The translations under genes were made by a program, and so were the position numbers. From the NCBI GenBank assembly GCA_040754655.1, contig JBFMCE010000020.1, positions 1 through 44,136 of the forward strand: 44,136 bases of DNA, given 5' to 3'. Of this stretch, positions 1 through 9,278 are shown in pieces. The notes beneath the pieces are model-generated. The model did no database searches. It saw nothing but the letters and a program-made list of their open reading frames with translations, and was not told the origin of the DNA. The stretch comes from Bdellovibrionota bacterium. GTDB taxonomy: Bacteria > Bdellovibrionota > UBA1018 > UBA923. Every line of letters begins with the position of its first letter. Positions within the stretch are counted from its first letter, which is position 1.

Positions 1-102
1 ATGAATCTGTAACAAGAACAGGCAGGTCGAATTTTCGGGGGGGGGGTTCACTTTTTTCATGAACGCAAGCACATACTGCCTACCGCAGGCGCGTCGTTCA
101 AA

Positions 103-1800
103 TCAGCCGTTTCGTTTTCGCCGCTCAAAAACAGCGATTGAACCAAGAAAAGCCACCGCCAAAAACGCAACCCAACCGAAAGCGCGCCCCACGATGTCGC
201 CATGCTTGAAATAAAAAGTCTCAGGCTTCGGCTGGTCAGGCGCCGGCAGATGAAGTGTCGCCTCCAAAAACGCAGACTCAAAAAGACGCGTGCTCCAGCG
301 CATCTCGCCCGTGATATCAACCACAGTGCTAATGCCTGTATTTGTAGCCCGAATCATGGGCCTGCGAAGCTCTATGGAACGAAAAGCCGTGAGCAACAAA
401 TGCAACCAGGGCTCAGTGCCCTCGCCAAACCAAGAGTCGTTGGTGATGTTCAGAAGGAGATCTGCGCCGAGTTTGATCGACTCACGCGAATGCTCGGGGA
501 AAATGCCTTCATAACAAATCTGAGGGCCAATCCTCACGCCACCCAACTCAAGGACCTCAGCCCCCCGGCCGCGACCAAAGTCAGCGATCGAAGGCACGAT
601 CGCTTGCACAATGCCGCTCAAGGGACCAAGCGGCACATACTCGCCAAAAGCCAATAAAATCGATTTACGATACTTTCCGATGAGCGCGTTTGGCGGAGCC
701 ACCAAAAACGCGCTATTGAAATCTTTTCCCCTGTCTGCGCTGTAGGTACCGAAAAACAGCGGGGTATCGACCTCAGACACCAGATCGGTCACCCAGGCGT
801 CTCTTGCAGAACCCAAGCGGTTCGACTGAAGATCAGAGAAGTGGGTGTACAAGTACGGGTAAGCCGTCTCCGGCCAGATCACGAGATCGGGTTTGAAGCG
901 CGCGACGGTCTCTCGGGTCATGTCGCGATAGGTGCCCAACACCTTTCGAATGGCGGGCTCAAAACCCCTTTCACTGGCGAGTTTTTCAACGTCACCGATA
1001 TTGGCCTGAATGACTGAGAACCGAAATGGCTTTGCATAGGTTTTCGCCATCGCGTCGAGCTCAGAAAGTCTTTTTGCGCCCCACTCATGGCCAAACCCAA
1101 AACCAATCGCCACTAGCGCCAAAGCCACGGCAGCCGAACTCGGACGAGGGAGTAGGCTCGTGAATGACATCCCGACAAGCCTCTTGCGCTTCAATAAGGC
1201 ACGCAAAAGCAAAACGGTCAGCGCCATATTGCATACCATGATGGGAAACGTCAGTGCATGCACGCCCGTGTACTCAACGACTTGAATCAACGGAAACCAT
1301 CCGTAAAGCACGTGGCCAAAGGTATTCGGGAACATTTTTGGATAATGGTAATCGAGCCCGACATAGAGCGCCGGCAAAAGACAAAGGATCAAAAGCGCTT
1401 TCAAGGGTTCTCGAATTTCATGACGGGCGAAACGACGCAGAAGAGCAAAAGCGACGAGCGCGAACAAGAGAAATTGCAGCTCCCCAAAAAGCGAGAATAA
1501 GAGCAAAACGATTTTCCCGACGATCCAAGGAAGGCCCCCGAAGTTGGTTGCAACGAAACTGATCCAACCAAAACCCAAAAGAATAAAAAAAACCATCGTC
1601 GTGGCGCCAAGCCACGCAACCTCGCGGTAGGACTTCGAAGAAAAAAGCCCAATCAAGAATGGGATCATCCCGAGAAACGTCAGGCCCCAAATAGAATATG
1701 AAGGAAAGGTAAGAACCATCAAGGCTGCTGAGGCAAAACCATAGCCTATGGATCTAATAGGAACGCGTTTTAAAGACTTCTTTATCCGCTGCTGGCTCAT
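103..1800 (-). CDS. lnt: Apolipoprotein N-acyltransferase
   Basis: Multi-TM N-terminus plus CN-hydrolase domain with QANI, WPETA (Glu), YRKSILLAFGEYVP (Lys), ICYEGIF (Cys), NITNDSWFG and RATNTGIS. Start taken at ATG 1800 (MSQQRIKK); the ORF track extends to 1839. Confidence 0.95.
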   Translation of the reverse strand: MSQQRIKKSLKRVPIRSIGYGFASAALMVLTFPSYSIWGLTFLGMIPFLIGLFSSKSYREVAWLGATTMVFFILLGFGWISFVATNFGGLPWIVGKIVLLLFSLFGELQFLLFALVAFALLRRFARHEIREPLKALLILCLLPALYVGLDYHYPKMFPNTFGHVLYGWFPLIQVVEYTGVHALTFPIMVCNMALTVLLLRALLKRKRLVGMSFTSLLPRPSSAAVALALVAIGFGFGHEWGAKRLSELDAMAKTYAKPFRFSVIQANIGDVEKLASERGFEPAIRKVLGTYRDMTRETVARFKPDLVIWPETAYPYLYTHFSDLQSNRLGSARDAWVTDLVSEVDTPLFFGTYSADRGKDFNSAFLVAPPNALIGKYRKSILLAFGEYVPLGPLSGIVQAIVPSIADFGRGRGAEVLELGGVRIGPQICYEGIFPEHSRESIKLGADLLLNITNDSWFGEGTEPWLHLLLTAFRSIELRRPMIRATNTGISTVVDITGEMRWSTRLFESAFLEATLHLPAPDQPKPETFYFKHGDIVGRAFGWVAFLAVAFLGSIAVFERRKRNG

Positions 1801-3073
1801 CGTGTTCAATATTAGCGCTGATCTTTGATGTTGTACCACGAATCGCGGGCTTTGGCGGCTTTTTCAAAAAAGAGTCTGAAAAGCTTTTATTTGGGGAAGG
1901 AGCCGTAAGATCCTTGAAGTTCTTCGTGGAAACCTTTCGCAACGCAGGTGCAGTCACTGCAGGCGCCTTCTCGCGTTTCACGAGAACCGGGGCAGGAACC
2001 TTGCGAAGCATCATGCGATCAAGTTGCGAAAGAGCGGCGTAGGCATTCACCTTCCCTCCCGCATAAACTTTATCGCGAAGATGAGGAAGCTTGTCGGCGG
2101 TTGACCGAACCAGTTCACGAACCTGTTCCGGGCGCAAAGACCTGCTTTTTGAAAGGAGCAGGGCCGCTAGTCCGCTTACGAATGCCGTCGCCTGGCTAGT
2201 GCCCGACATATAAGAATACTTTCCACCAGGCACAGTGCTCAAGATCTGATCGCCGGGCGCTGCAACGTCAACCCTGGCCTTACCCCAGTTCGAGCTCGCC
2301 AGAAGCTCGTTGCGCACGTTGATCGCCGACACGCAAACGATGTTATCGAGCCGGTAAGCGCACGGATAATAATAATGCTGAGGCAGGTCGGTGTTTTCGT
2401 GCTCGTTACCGGCCGCTGCTACAAGCAACACGCCCTTTTCGCGCGCGCGCTTCAAGGCCTCAAACTCTTTTTTCGAAAACTCAGGGCCGCCGCCGCTGTA
2501 ATTGATGATGTGAGCGCCATGATCGATCGCCCAATTCAACGCCTTGATGCTGTTCTCAAGATTCTCGGCGCCCGTATTCTTGTCAGAATAATACTTCACC
2601 GCCATGATCGATACTTTGTGAGCAACGCCTGAGATGCCCGCCTTCGCGTTCAATGCAGCGCCAATGATTCCCGCGACGTGAGTGCCATGGCTATGGTCAT
2701 CAACAGGATTTGCTTTATTGGCTACGAAGTCCCAGCCGTAATGTCCCGTGACCTTGTCTCGCCAGAGGTTGGCTTTGATATCAGCATGGTTAGGATCGAT
2801 GCCGGTATCGATGACCGCGACCACGATGTCTCTACTGCCTTGTTCAAGCTTCCACGCATCAAGGGCGTGAATATGTGAATTGCCCACCGTATTCTGCAGG
2901 CCCCAGTTTTTAAACTGAGGAACCGCGGGCTTTGCATCAGGAACCGCAGCAACTCGGCGTTCTGAATTCAAAACGGGTGCCACGACAACTAAGGCGGCAG
3001 GTAACACTGCCGTAAGAATCAAGTACTTTAGTTTATGCTTCAACATCAACTTCATCATCGCCAAGAGCCGCAT
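1754..3073 (-). CDS. Exported subtilisin-like S8 serine protease with Pro/Lys-rich C-terminal tail
   Basis: Catalytic motifs VAVIDTG, HGTHVAG, AAGNE and SGTSQAT; hydrophobic N-terminal segment. The true start may be one of the downstream Mets. Confidence 0.93.
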   Translation of the reverse strand: MRLLAMMKLMLKHKLKYLILTAVLPAALVVVAPVLNSERRVAAVPDAKPAVPQFKNWGLQNTVGNSHIHALDAWKLEQGSRDIVVAVIDTGIDPNHADIKANLWRDKVTGHYGWDFVANKANPVDDHSHGTHVAGIIGAALNAKAGISGVAHKVSIMAVKYYSDKNTGAENLENSIKALNWAIDHGAHIINYSGGGPEFSKKEFEALKRAREKGVLLVAAAGNEHENTDLPQHYYYPCAYRLDNIVCVSAINVRNELLASSNWGKARVDVAAPGDQILSTVPGGKYSYMSGTSQATAFVSGLAALLLSKSRSLRPEQVRELVRSTADKLPHLRDKVYAGGKVNAYAALSQLDRMMLRKVPAPVLVKREKAPAVTAPALRKVSTKNFKDLTAPSPNKSFSDSFLKKPPKPAIRGTTSKISANIEHDEPAADKEVFKTRSY

Positions 3074-3141
3074 TTACTACTTTCTGCTTTGGTACCCCAT
3101 GTGCTCTTCAACAGGGTTCCGACAGCTCAATACCCCATATG

Positions 3142-3157
3142 AGCAAGCAAGATGCCA
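3142..3157 (-). promoter_or_regulatory. Sigma54 (-24/-12) promoter for the S8 protease-lnt unit
   Basis: Minus strand TGGCAT-CTTGC-TTGCT matches TGGCAC-N5-TTGCW, about 70 bp upstream of the ORF. Confidence 0.75.
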
Positions 3158-3240
3158 AACAATATCATGAAGCCAGAATTTCAACCTATCGATTTTTTTG
3201 GATTTCTTGCGAATGCCCCACTCCTCGTTTGTCCTCGAAA

Positions 3241-3259
3241 CTGTCAACACATTTGACAG
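3241..3259. promoter_or_regulatory. Palindromic putative enhancer (UAS) CTGTCAA-N5-TTGACAG
   Basis: Perfect 7-bp inverted repeat about 85 bp upstream of the sigma54 site, in the divergent intergenic region. Confidence 0.5.
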
Positions 3260-3358
3260 CTGGAAACGCGCTTTCTGAATCAGGCCCCGACGATAAAGCT
3301 CGTGGCGCATGGCATCAACCTTGCTCCATCTAAAGATTGAGAGAAGAGAGGATACACG

Positions 3359-3940
3359 TTGATGTTCAAGTTCAAAGGCACCCAGACTTTGGGTGCTATT
3401 TTTATCGTTGGCGCCATTTTTCTGAGCACTTCCGGATGCGCTCCGAATTTGGCGACCCAAAACCCAGCCGATCGAAAAGCCACCTTGGCAAGCCTTGGCC
3501 TGCACAGCGCCGCTTTGAACGAGGACGACGCGAATTGGCGATGCCCTCATAGCGATAACGTGACTTTGCGAGACAGTATTTCACTGGGGGGCTTTGACTT
3601 CACCGCGAATGGAAGCTTCAAAGTCTGCGTCGGAAGAAATGACGACGCGAAATTCAGGGTCCGAGGAACGACCTCGTCAGGCTCTCTGTGCGTCTACCCT
3701 TTGCAAGTTTGTTACAGCCGCCAGTCTAGTAATTGCGTGGCAACCAATGGCGGAGCGCTTGTTCGTCTGCTTGAAACGCCCCAATGCGCCGTGGTGAGCA
3801 GGGCTCCCCTTGAGTTTCAATTCAATAGTCGAAATGCAAACTACATGGTGATCGTGGACATCAATTTCACCAATGATATGAATCGCTGCTTAAGCGGCTC
3901 GTCCGCGTGCCCACCCCACTCCGAAGGCTTTGTTCAATGA
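3359..3940 (+). CDS. Cys-rich hypothetical lipoprotein
   Basis: AGAGGA SD, lipobox-like TSGC, 8 further Cys (likely disulfides). The 3' end overlaps the convergent gene. Confidence 0.75.
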   Translation: MMFKFKGTQTLGAIFIVGAIFLSTSGCAPNLATQNPADRKATLASLGLHSAALNEDDANWRCPHSDNVTLRDSISLGGFDFTANGSFKVCVGRNDDAKFRVRGTTSSGSLCVYPLQVCYSRQSSNCVATNGGALVRLLETPQCAVVSRAPLEFQFNSRNANYMVIVDINFTNDMNRCLSGSSACPPHSEGFVQ

Positions 3941-4873
3941 GTTGATGCCTTTCCGAAAACGCTGTACCAGGGTTGGATCGGTGGTCGGAACCGAGAAGAC
4001 GACCTCTAGGGTCTTCTTGTCGCAGACGACGATCATTGTAAATGAATCTAATTGATTAGATTGCCCGCCCCCCTCTTCCTCATCCTCGCCGAGTCGCTGG
4101 TCCGGGTCATCAATCCGGAACTTCGCGATGAAGGTGCACCACTCATTCTTCTCGTCATCAACGAAATTCCAAATCTCATCGGGATCATCAATGACTGGTT
4201 CGATGAAAGGCTCAAATTTCTCAAACGCCTCTCTTGGGATGTCGCTTGAGCGCCGCCCCTCGGAATACCAGTTCGCGAAAGTCGTGGCGTGCTCGGAAAG
4301 GCCCGGCCTTTCCCCTGACTCAATATTTTCTATTGTATCACCCTCTAAAGAAGGCTGGGTCGGCTCTGCGGGGCGCGCCTGCTCTGACGAGCCAAAATCG
4401 TAGGAAGACGATGGTTCGTGAAGGCGCATGTCAACGCCACGCCGGTACGCATCGACGAGATCATCGTCTTTCGTCAGGAACGCGAGGAACACGAAACTGG
4501 GGATGCCCTCGATCGCCAGGCAAACCGCGATGCAGCTGAAACGCTGGCCTTCCCCATGCCGAAATTGGGAAATAAAGGTGAAATGCTTTTCTCCGCTCTC
4601 GAGTTCTTGCACCCAGATCTCGTCAGGATCTCCAAGCGTCAAGCCCCGGTAGTGGGCAAGGTCTTTTGGCTCTCTTGCCCTCAGATCAGAATTTGAGCGC
4701 AATTTCGCGAGTTCCTCTTCCATCGAATCAATGGTGGGTTGAAAGTAATCTTGGATACACGTCTCGGTACAAAAGCACCTTCCGATCTCTTTCTCTACAA
4801 ATAGAATCCGTTCAAGCTCGGCTAGGCTCTTTCGGCAATTGGCGCAGTATTCCGAAAACCTTAATTCTTCCAA
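3890..4873 (-). CDS. Hypothetical protein: N-terminal Cys cluster plus two tandem DPDEIW domains (PBECR/BECR nuclease-fold-like)
   Basis: CANC...CFCTETC; repeats TLGDPDEIWVQE..HFTFISQF and VIDDPDEIWNFV..WCTFIAKF. TTG start at 4873 follows a G-rich SD and a promoter. Confidence 0.7.
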   Translation of the reverse strand: MEELRFSEYCANCRKSLAELERILFVEKEIGRCFCTETCIQDYFQPTIDSMEEELAKLRSNSDLRAREPKDLAHYRGLTLGDPDEIWVQELESGEKHFTFISQFRHGEGQRFSCIAVCLAIEGIPSFVFLAFLTKDDDLVDAYRRGVDMRLHEPSSSYDFGSSEQARPAEPTQPSLEGDTIENIESGERPGLSEHATTFANWYSEGRRSSDIPREAFEKFEPFIEPVIDDPDEIWNFVDDEKNEWCTFIAKFRIDDPDQRLGEDEEEGGGQSNQLDSFTMIVVCDKKTLEVVFSVPTTDPTLVQRFRKGINSLNKAFGVGWARGRAA

Positions 4874-4897
4874 AGACCTACCCCTTTCCCTTCTTCT

Positions 4898-4927
4898 ATT
4901 GTACCGAAAATATATGCATGGTGTCAA
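4898..4927 (-). promoter_or_regulatory. Sigma70-type promoter
   Basis: Minus strand TTGACA-N18-TACAAT, ending 25 bp before the TTG at 4873. Confidence 0.6.
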
Positions 4928-5097
4928 AAAACAGCGTGATAAAATCACTCAATTTCCGTAAAAATATTCGACAGTTATGACGCGGTGCGATTTGAAAGCT
5001 TTACGCTCGTCACCTAACCTAAACAAGTAAGGCTTCGAAGGACTGAAAGCCTAATACAGCCCTGTTTGCGGAAGTAGTTTGTGGAAAGGAGAGCCAC

Positions 5098-5412
5098 ATG
5101 ATCTACGTCAATCAAAAGCAACTCGATCAAGTTGAGTATCTCATCGAACAATCGAGTCGCGGTCATCACGTTCTCTTCGAGACTGATGTCATTCGAAAGG
5201 TTTTCGCTAGAAAAGCCCTTGTGGATGATGAATCTGACGATGAAACCGAGTCTGTCGAGAAACATATCGAAAACCTCATCTTGCAACCTACGTTGGTTTC
5301 GAAACGCGCCTACCTTGAAAACCTGAACTCAGAGACCTACGAACGCGTCGTTCGCACCTACTTTGCAATCGTGGAGAACAATATTTTCGAAGGCATGGAG
5401 TTCGAGCAGTGA
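5098..5412 (+). CDS. Small acidic hypothetical protein
   Basis: AAGGAG SD, 104-aa ORF; apparent operon with the next gene. Confidence 0.75.
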   Translation: MIYVNQKQLDQVEYLIEQSSRGHHVLFETDVIRKVFARKALVDDESDDETESVEKHIENLILQPTLVSKRAYLENLNSETYERVVRTYFAIVENNIFEGMEFEQ

Positions 5413-5442
5413 CGCTCAGACTTTAAGAGGTAATAGCCACAG

Positions 5443-6987
5443 ATGTCAGTCGATTCGATCGGGGGCGGAGGTTCTAGAGACCCTAACTACGAGGTACGAA
5501 GGCGCATGCTCGAGGAAGAGCGCTCTCGTGAACTCGACCGCATCGAAAAGAAGAAACGCGACGACATCGACAGGGCCGAAGAGGCCAGGCAAAAATCACT
5601 GGAATCGATTTACGCCGACCAATCGAGCGAAATTCAAAGCCGCCAGGAGGCGGCAGAACACCGCATAGAACAGATCAAAGACGCGACCGAATCGAGGATC
5701 AAGGCGTTCGAAGCGGAATCGTCGCGGATGACCGACGAGGCCAAACGTCAATTCCAAAGCAAAGCGGACTTGCTGCAGAAAAACGCGAAGGAAATCGATG
5801 AACAGAGAAAGTTCATGCTCAAGCAGCATAGCGACTCGATGCGAAAGCTGAAAGAACAACGCGAACAGGCCGCAAACGAACAGACGAGCCGAATGAACAG
5901 GGAATCCGCCATTGTTTATGGGGATCAACAACAGCGCCTCGCGCAGATGAGAGAACTCGGCGAGGCCGAGCTCAATGCCCTCAAACGTGATCTCAATGAC
6001 CAGAAATTGCGCGAACGCGCCGAAGCCACAAGAGATCTCTATGAACTTCAAGAGCAAAGAGACGCGAATCAGGCTGCCGTATCTCGTCAGATCCAATTCA
6101 ACGAGCGCACCGGCGCTGAGCAAGCCCTGCGACAGAAAGCTCAATTCGATGCCCAAAGAGTCGCGCAAGACGAGGAGTTCAAGAATCAGCTCTCAAACGC
6201 AACCGCTGAAGCTAGACGCGCGGTGAACTCGGCTCAAAAGCAGGGCAGGAAGAATTTAAGCGAAATCAACGAATTGTACGCCACGCAGATCGACGCCGCC
6301 GGCCGGGCTGGTCGCACGAAGCTTCGGGATCTTGAAACCCAATCGCAAAAAGTGACTGGCGAACTTGAGACCCAGGCAAAGACCGAGCAGATCCTGATGA
6401 AACAAGGCTATGACCACAAGAAACAGCTGATACACGAGCGCAACGAGAAGCTCATTTCAGAGCACAACGATCGCAATACAGAGCTTCAACAGAAGCATAA
6501 AGAAGAACAATCGGCTCTTCAGAAAACCTTGACGGCCCGTCAAGAGAAGCTCTTGACCGATCAAGTGAAGCAGTACCAAGGCGAACTGCAGATGCAAAAA
6601 GACCGTGGGAATAAGCAATTCAACGCCATCGTCGCCGCAACCATTGAAAAAGTCTCTGATCACGGCGCCAAAGCCTCTGACCCCTTCTACCGCGTGCACG
6701 CGCTTGGCACGAGCGTGGCCGACACCGAGATGGAATGCGTGGTTCAGGTGAGCGTGCCTGAGCATGAGCAAGAAAGCATCAGGGTCACCCGTCAGGCCGA
6801 TACGATCACCGTCAGCGGCAGCCGCCGTTACCAAGGAAAAATGAACGAACCCGATGGCCGCAAGACCGCCACGAACTCATTCCAGTCATTTTCGGAAAGC
6901 TTCCCCGTGCGCGGAAAACTTGAGATGTCTCGCATGACCAAAACCTACGCCGATGGGATGCTTACTTTCAAGATTCCTAAGGGTTAA
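5443..6987 (+). CDS. Long coiled-coil protein with C-terminal Hsp20/alpha-crystallin domain
   Basis: About 410 aa of E/Q/K/R-rich heptads, then VQVSVPEHEQESIRV..ITVSG..SFSESF..YADGMLTFKIPK (alpha-crystallin signature GxLxxxxPK). Confidence 0.85.
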   Translation: MSVDSIGGGGSRDPNYEVRRRMLEEERSRELDRIEKKKRDDIDRAEEARQKSLESIYADQSSEIQSRQEAAEHRIEQIKDATESRIKAFEAESSRMTDEAKRQFQSKADLLQKNAKEIDEQRKFMLKQHSDSMRKLKEQREQAANEQTSRMNRESAIVYGDQQQRLAQMRELGEAELNALKRDLNDQKLRERAEATRDLYELQEQRDANQAAVSRQIQFNERTGAEQALRQKAQFDAQRVAQDEEFKNQLSNATAEARRAVNSAQKQGRKNLSEINELYATQIDAAGRAGRTKLRDLETQSQKVTGELETQAKTEQILMKQGYDHKKQLIHERNEKLISEHNDRNTELQQKHKEEQSALQKTLTARQEKLLTDQVKQYQGELQMQKDRGNKQFNAIVAATIEKVSDHGAKASDPFYRVHALGTSVADTEMECVVQVSVPEHEQESIRVTRQADTITVSGSRRYQGKMNEPDGRKTATNSFQSFSESFPVRGKLEMSRMTKTYADGMLTFKIPKG

Positions 6988-6998
6988 AAGCCTCGACT

Positions 6999-7454
6999 TT
7001 AGGGCCACTCTTCCGCAACTTCGAGCACTGCTTTCAGGTGCAGATCACGGCGCCGCAACTCTGGTCTTTCATAAACTATTTTTTTGTCTGAAATCCTTAC
7101 ACAAAGAAGAACAGAGTCGATAATCAGCTTCTCGTTTTTTTCATAGTGGCTTGATCCAGAGCAAATATAATAAGCCTGCATCGTCGCATTGGTCGGCAGA
7201 CCCCTAAGAAGCTCCATAAGCGCGTCATAGGTCACAACATTGTCTTTCGCGACTTCAAAATCTGAAAACCAGCGAGAAGCCCTGTAATAATAAATCCCGC
7301 CATCAAGCCCCAGTCCAATCGGAAGGATGTGAGGAGGAGCTTCGGTGGACCGACTGACGATCTCACCTGGCGCAAAAGCATGTCCTTGCAAAGAAGCAAT
7401 GGCAAGGAAGCACACTGACATTAAAATTCTAGATAGACCCATGCGTGTTCTCAT
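6999..7454 (-). CDS. Exported hypothetical protein
   Basis: Signal peptide ending QGHA-F; ATGA overlap with the upstream gene. Confidence 0.65.
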   Translation of the reverse strand: MRTRMGLSRILMSVCFLAIASLQGHAFAPGEIVSRSTEAPPHILPIGLGLDGGIYYYRASRWFSDFEVAKDNVVTYDALMELLRGLPTNATMQAYYICSGSSHYEKNEKLIIDSVLLCVRISDKKIVYERPELRRRDLHLKAVLEVAEEWP

Positions 7455-7786
7455 TTTTTACTATTCACAAGGTCTTCGAGTTCCTTGAGCATGAAACGAA
7501 GCTTTGCATGCAGGTCTTGTAAACGATTTAAATTTGATTTGAGGTCGTCAAACGGATTGGCGCCTTTGGGTTGTTCACTATTAGAATCAGACACCGGTGC
7601 GGCTGATTGATTCTGAGACAAGCTCCTAGGCTGAAACTTCGTAATTTTTATATTTCCCAGCTCTTCCGCGCGTAAAACGCGCGAATTGGAAGTAAGGGGC
7701 GCAGCTTCTTCTTTTGATTTTTTATAGAGCTCATAGATGTTCGTATAAACAAAGCCCACATTTTGAGATCGATCACGGTTGGCCAT
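7451..7786 (-). CDS. Small hypothetical protein with C-terminal coiled coil
   Basis: AGGAGG SD before ATG 7786 (MANRDRSQ); C-terminal LKSNLNRLQDLHAKLRFMLKELEDL heptads. Confidence 0.8.
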   Translation of the reverse strand: MANRDRSQNVGFVYTNIYELYKKSKEEAAPLTSNSRVLRAEELGNIKITKFQPRSLSQNQSAAPVSDSNSEQPKGANPFDDLKSNLNRLQDLHAKLRFMLKELEDLVNSKK

Positions 7787-7871
7787 TTTCAACTTCCTCC
7801 TACATACAGCAACAACAACTTCGCAACAGCCCTGGTTTCCCAGAACTCTTGGCCTCACGTTAAGACATAAA

Positions 7872-7887
7872 AGCAATCAAGGTGCCA
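7872..7887 (-). promoter_or_regulatory. Sigma54 promoter
   Basis: Minus strand TGGCAC-CTTGA-TTGCT, a perfect consensus match. Confidence 0.8.
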
Positions 7888-7963
7888 AACTGACTTGCGG
7901 TGGCAATAATTCCTAACCCCCCGTTTTTACATAGCCCTTAGTCTGAAAAAGCCTCCAAAAGGT

Positions 7964-8043
7964 CGTCAAAAGTCTAGACAGTTGTTGTCTCGTCGACATA
8001 GGTCCTCACGTGCGGAAAAAGAGCTTGGTGTGTCTTCTCGACA
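7964..8043. promoter_or_regulatory. Cluster of (T/C)GTC-Nx-GACA palindromic boxes (putative activator sites)
   Basis: CGTC-N9-GACA at 7964-7980; TGTC-N5-GACA at 7986-7998 and 8031-8043. Confidence 0.45.
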
Positions 8044-8080
8044 CGGAAATCATTTCCCTCTCGTTCCAAACAGATACGCC

Positions 8081-8107
8081 TCACCCCAGAACAGCGGTAA
8101 CCGATAA
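8081..8107 (+). promoter_or_regulatory. Possible sigma28 (FliA) promoter of the HD-GYP gene
   Basis: TCAC-N15-ACCGATAA versus consensus TAAA-N15-GCCGATAA; good -10, weak -35. Confidence 0.35.
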
Positions 8108-8156
8108 GAGTTAGAGGTACAATCAGTACCACGAGACCAGGGAGGCACTGAAAGCC

Positions 8157-9224
8157 GTGTCTAAAACCTCAGCATTAGAGCAAATCCATGCCGACAGCGA
8201 AGAATCAGAAGAATCGAAACGCCTCGCAGCTGCGATCGACCGTTTCTATGCGAATGCCACAAACTTGAATCTTACGCACATTCCGGTGGCGCTCGATCTG
8301 ATCATCTTGCACAAACTTCCGGATGTTGCTCTCTATCTTGCGACTACAGATAGCGAAAACAAACCCACTTTCAAGGTCTTCCGCAGCCGTGGTTTGTATT
8401 TGAGCCAAGTTGAACTCGACAACCTCTCCCGCAACGGCATCCAAAATGTTTATTTGCAGCGCTCAGAAGTGCCCATCTTCACCCAATACGTCGAAGAGCT
8501 TCTGACTGAGCTTAGAACAAGCTCTCCGATGGTCGACGACCAAAAAGTCAACCTTCTCAGAAAGTCTGCGATCACAGTCATGTCGGACATTTTTGAGAAA
8601 CCCACGCCTGAGAACATCCAACGCGGCGTAAAGGTCGTCTCAAACTTCGTCTATGTCTTGATGCGCGACCCAAAAGCGTATCAGATGCTGCTGAGCCTCT
8701 CAAGCCACGACCACTACACGCTTCAACACTCGGTCGGAGTCGCAACCAATGCAATCATTTTAGCGAAAAAATTCGGCATCAATGATGAAGCGAGCCTGAT
8801 CGAGGTCGGAATCGGCGGCCTTCTGCACGATATCGGAAAAACCAAGGTTCCGGCTGAAATCATCAATAAGAAAGGACCACTCGACGAGTCCGAGTGGGCC
8901 CAGATGAAAAAGCATTCCCTTTTTGGCTACGAGATCTTGAAAGACAACCCTAACGTCGGCATGCGCGCCAAGCTTGCGGTGCTGCAACACCACGAAGACT
9001 CAAATGGTTCAGGCTATCCGATGGGGCTTTCTTCTAACCAAGTCGACCTTTTCGCGAAGATCGTCACTTTGGCCGACATCTACAACGCCATCACCACCGA
9101 TCGCTCTTACTCAAAAGCAAAGCCGCCTTTCGAGGCATTTGCGTTGATCAAAGACAAGCTCTTCCACAAGGTCGACCCCAAGCTCTTTGAAGCAATGGTT
9201 TTGATTTATGGCGGAAAGCCTTAG
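8157..9224 (+). CDS. HD-GYP domain cyclic dinucleotide phosphodiesterase
   Basis: HS, LLHDIGK, HHEDSNGSGYP and ADIYNAITTDRSY motifs; GGGAGG SD with GTG start. Confidence 0.92.
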   Translation: MSKTSALEQIHADSEESEESKRLAAAIDRFYANATNLNLTHIPVALDLIILHKLPDVALYLATTDSENKPTFKVFRSRGLYLSQVELDNLSRNGIQNVYLQRSEVPIFTQYVEELLTELRTSSPMVDDQKVNLLRKSAITVMSDIFEKPTPENIQRGVKVVSNFVYVLMRDPKAYQMLLSLSSHDHYTLQHSVGVATNAIILAKKFGINDEASLIEVGIGGLLHDIGKTKVPAEIINKKGPLDESEWAQMKKHSLFGYEILKDNPNVGMRAKLAVLQHHEDSNGSGYPMGLSSNQVDLFAKIVTLADIYNAITTDRSYSKAKPPFEAFALIKDKLFHKVDPKLFEAMVLIYGGKP

Positions 9225-9278
9225 AACACGAATGAAATCGGCCGCTGCGCCATGCAGCCCCTGCCCCACCTATGCTAT

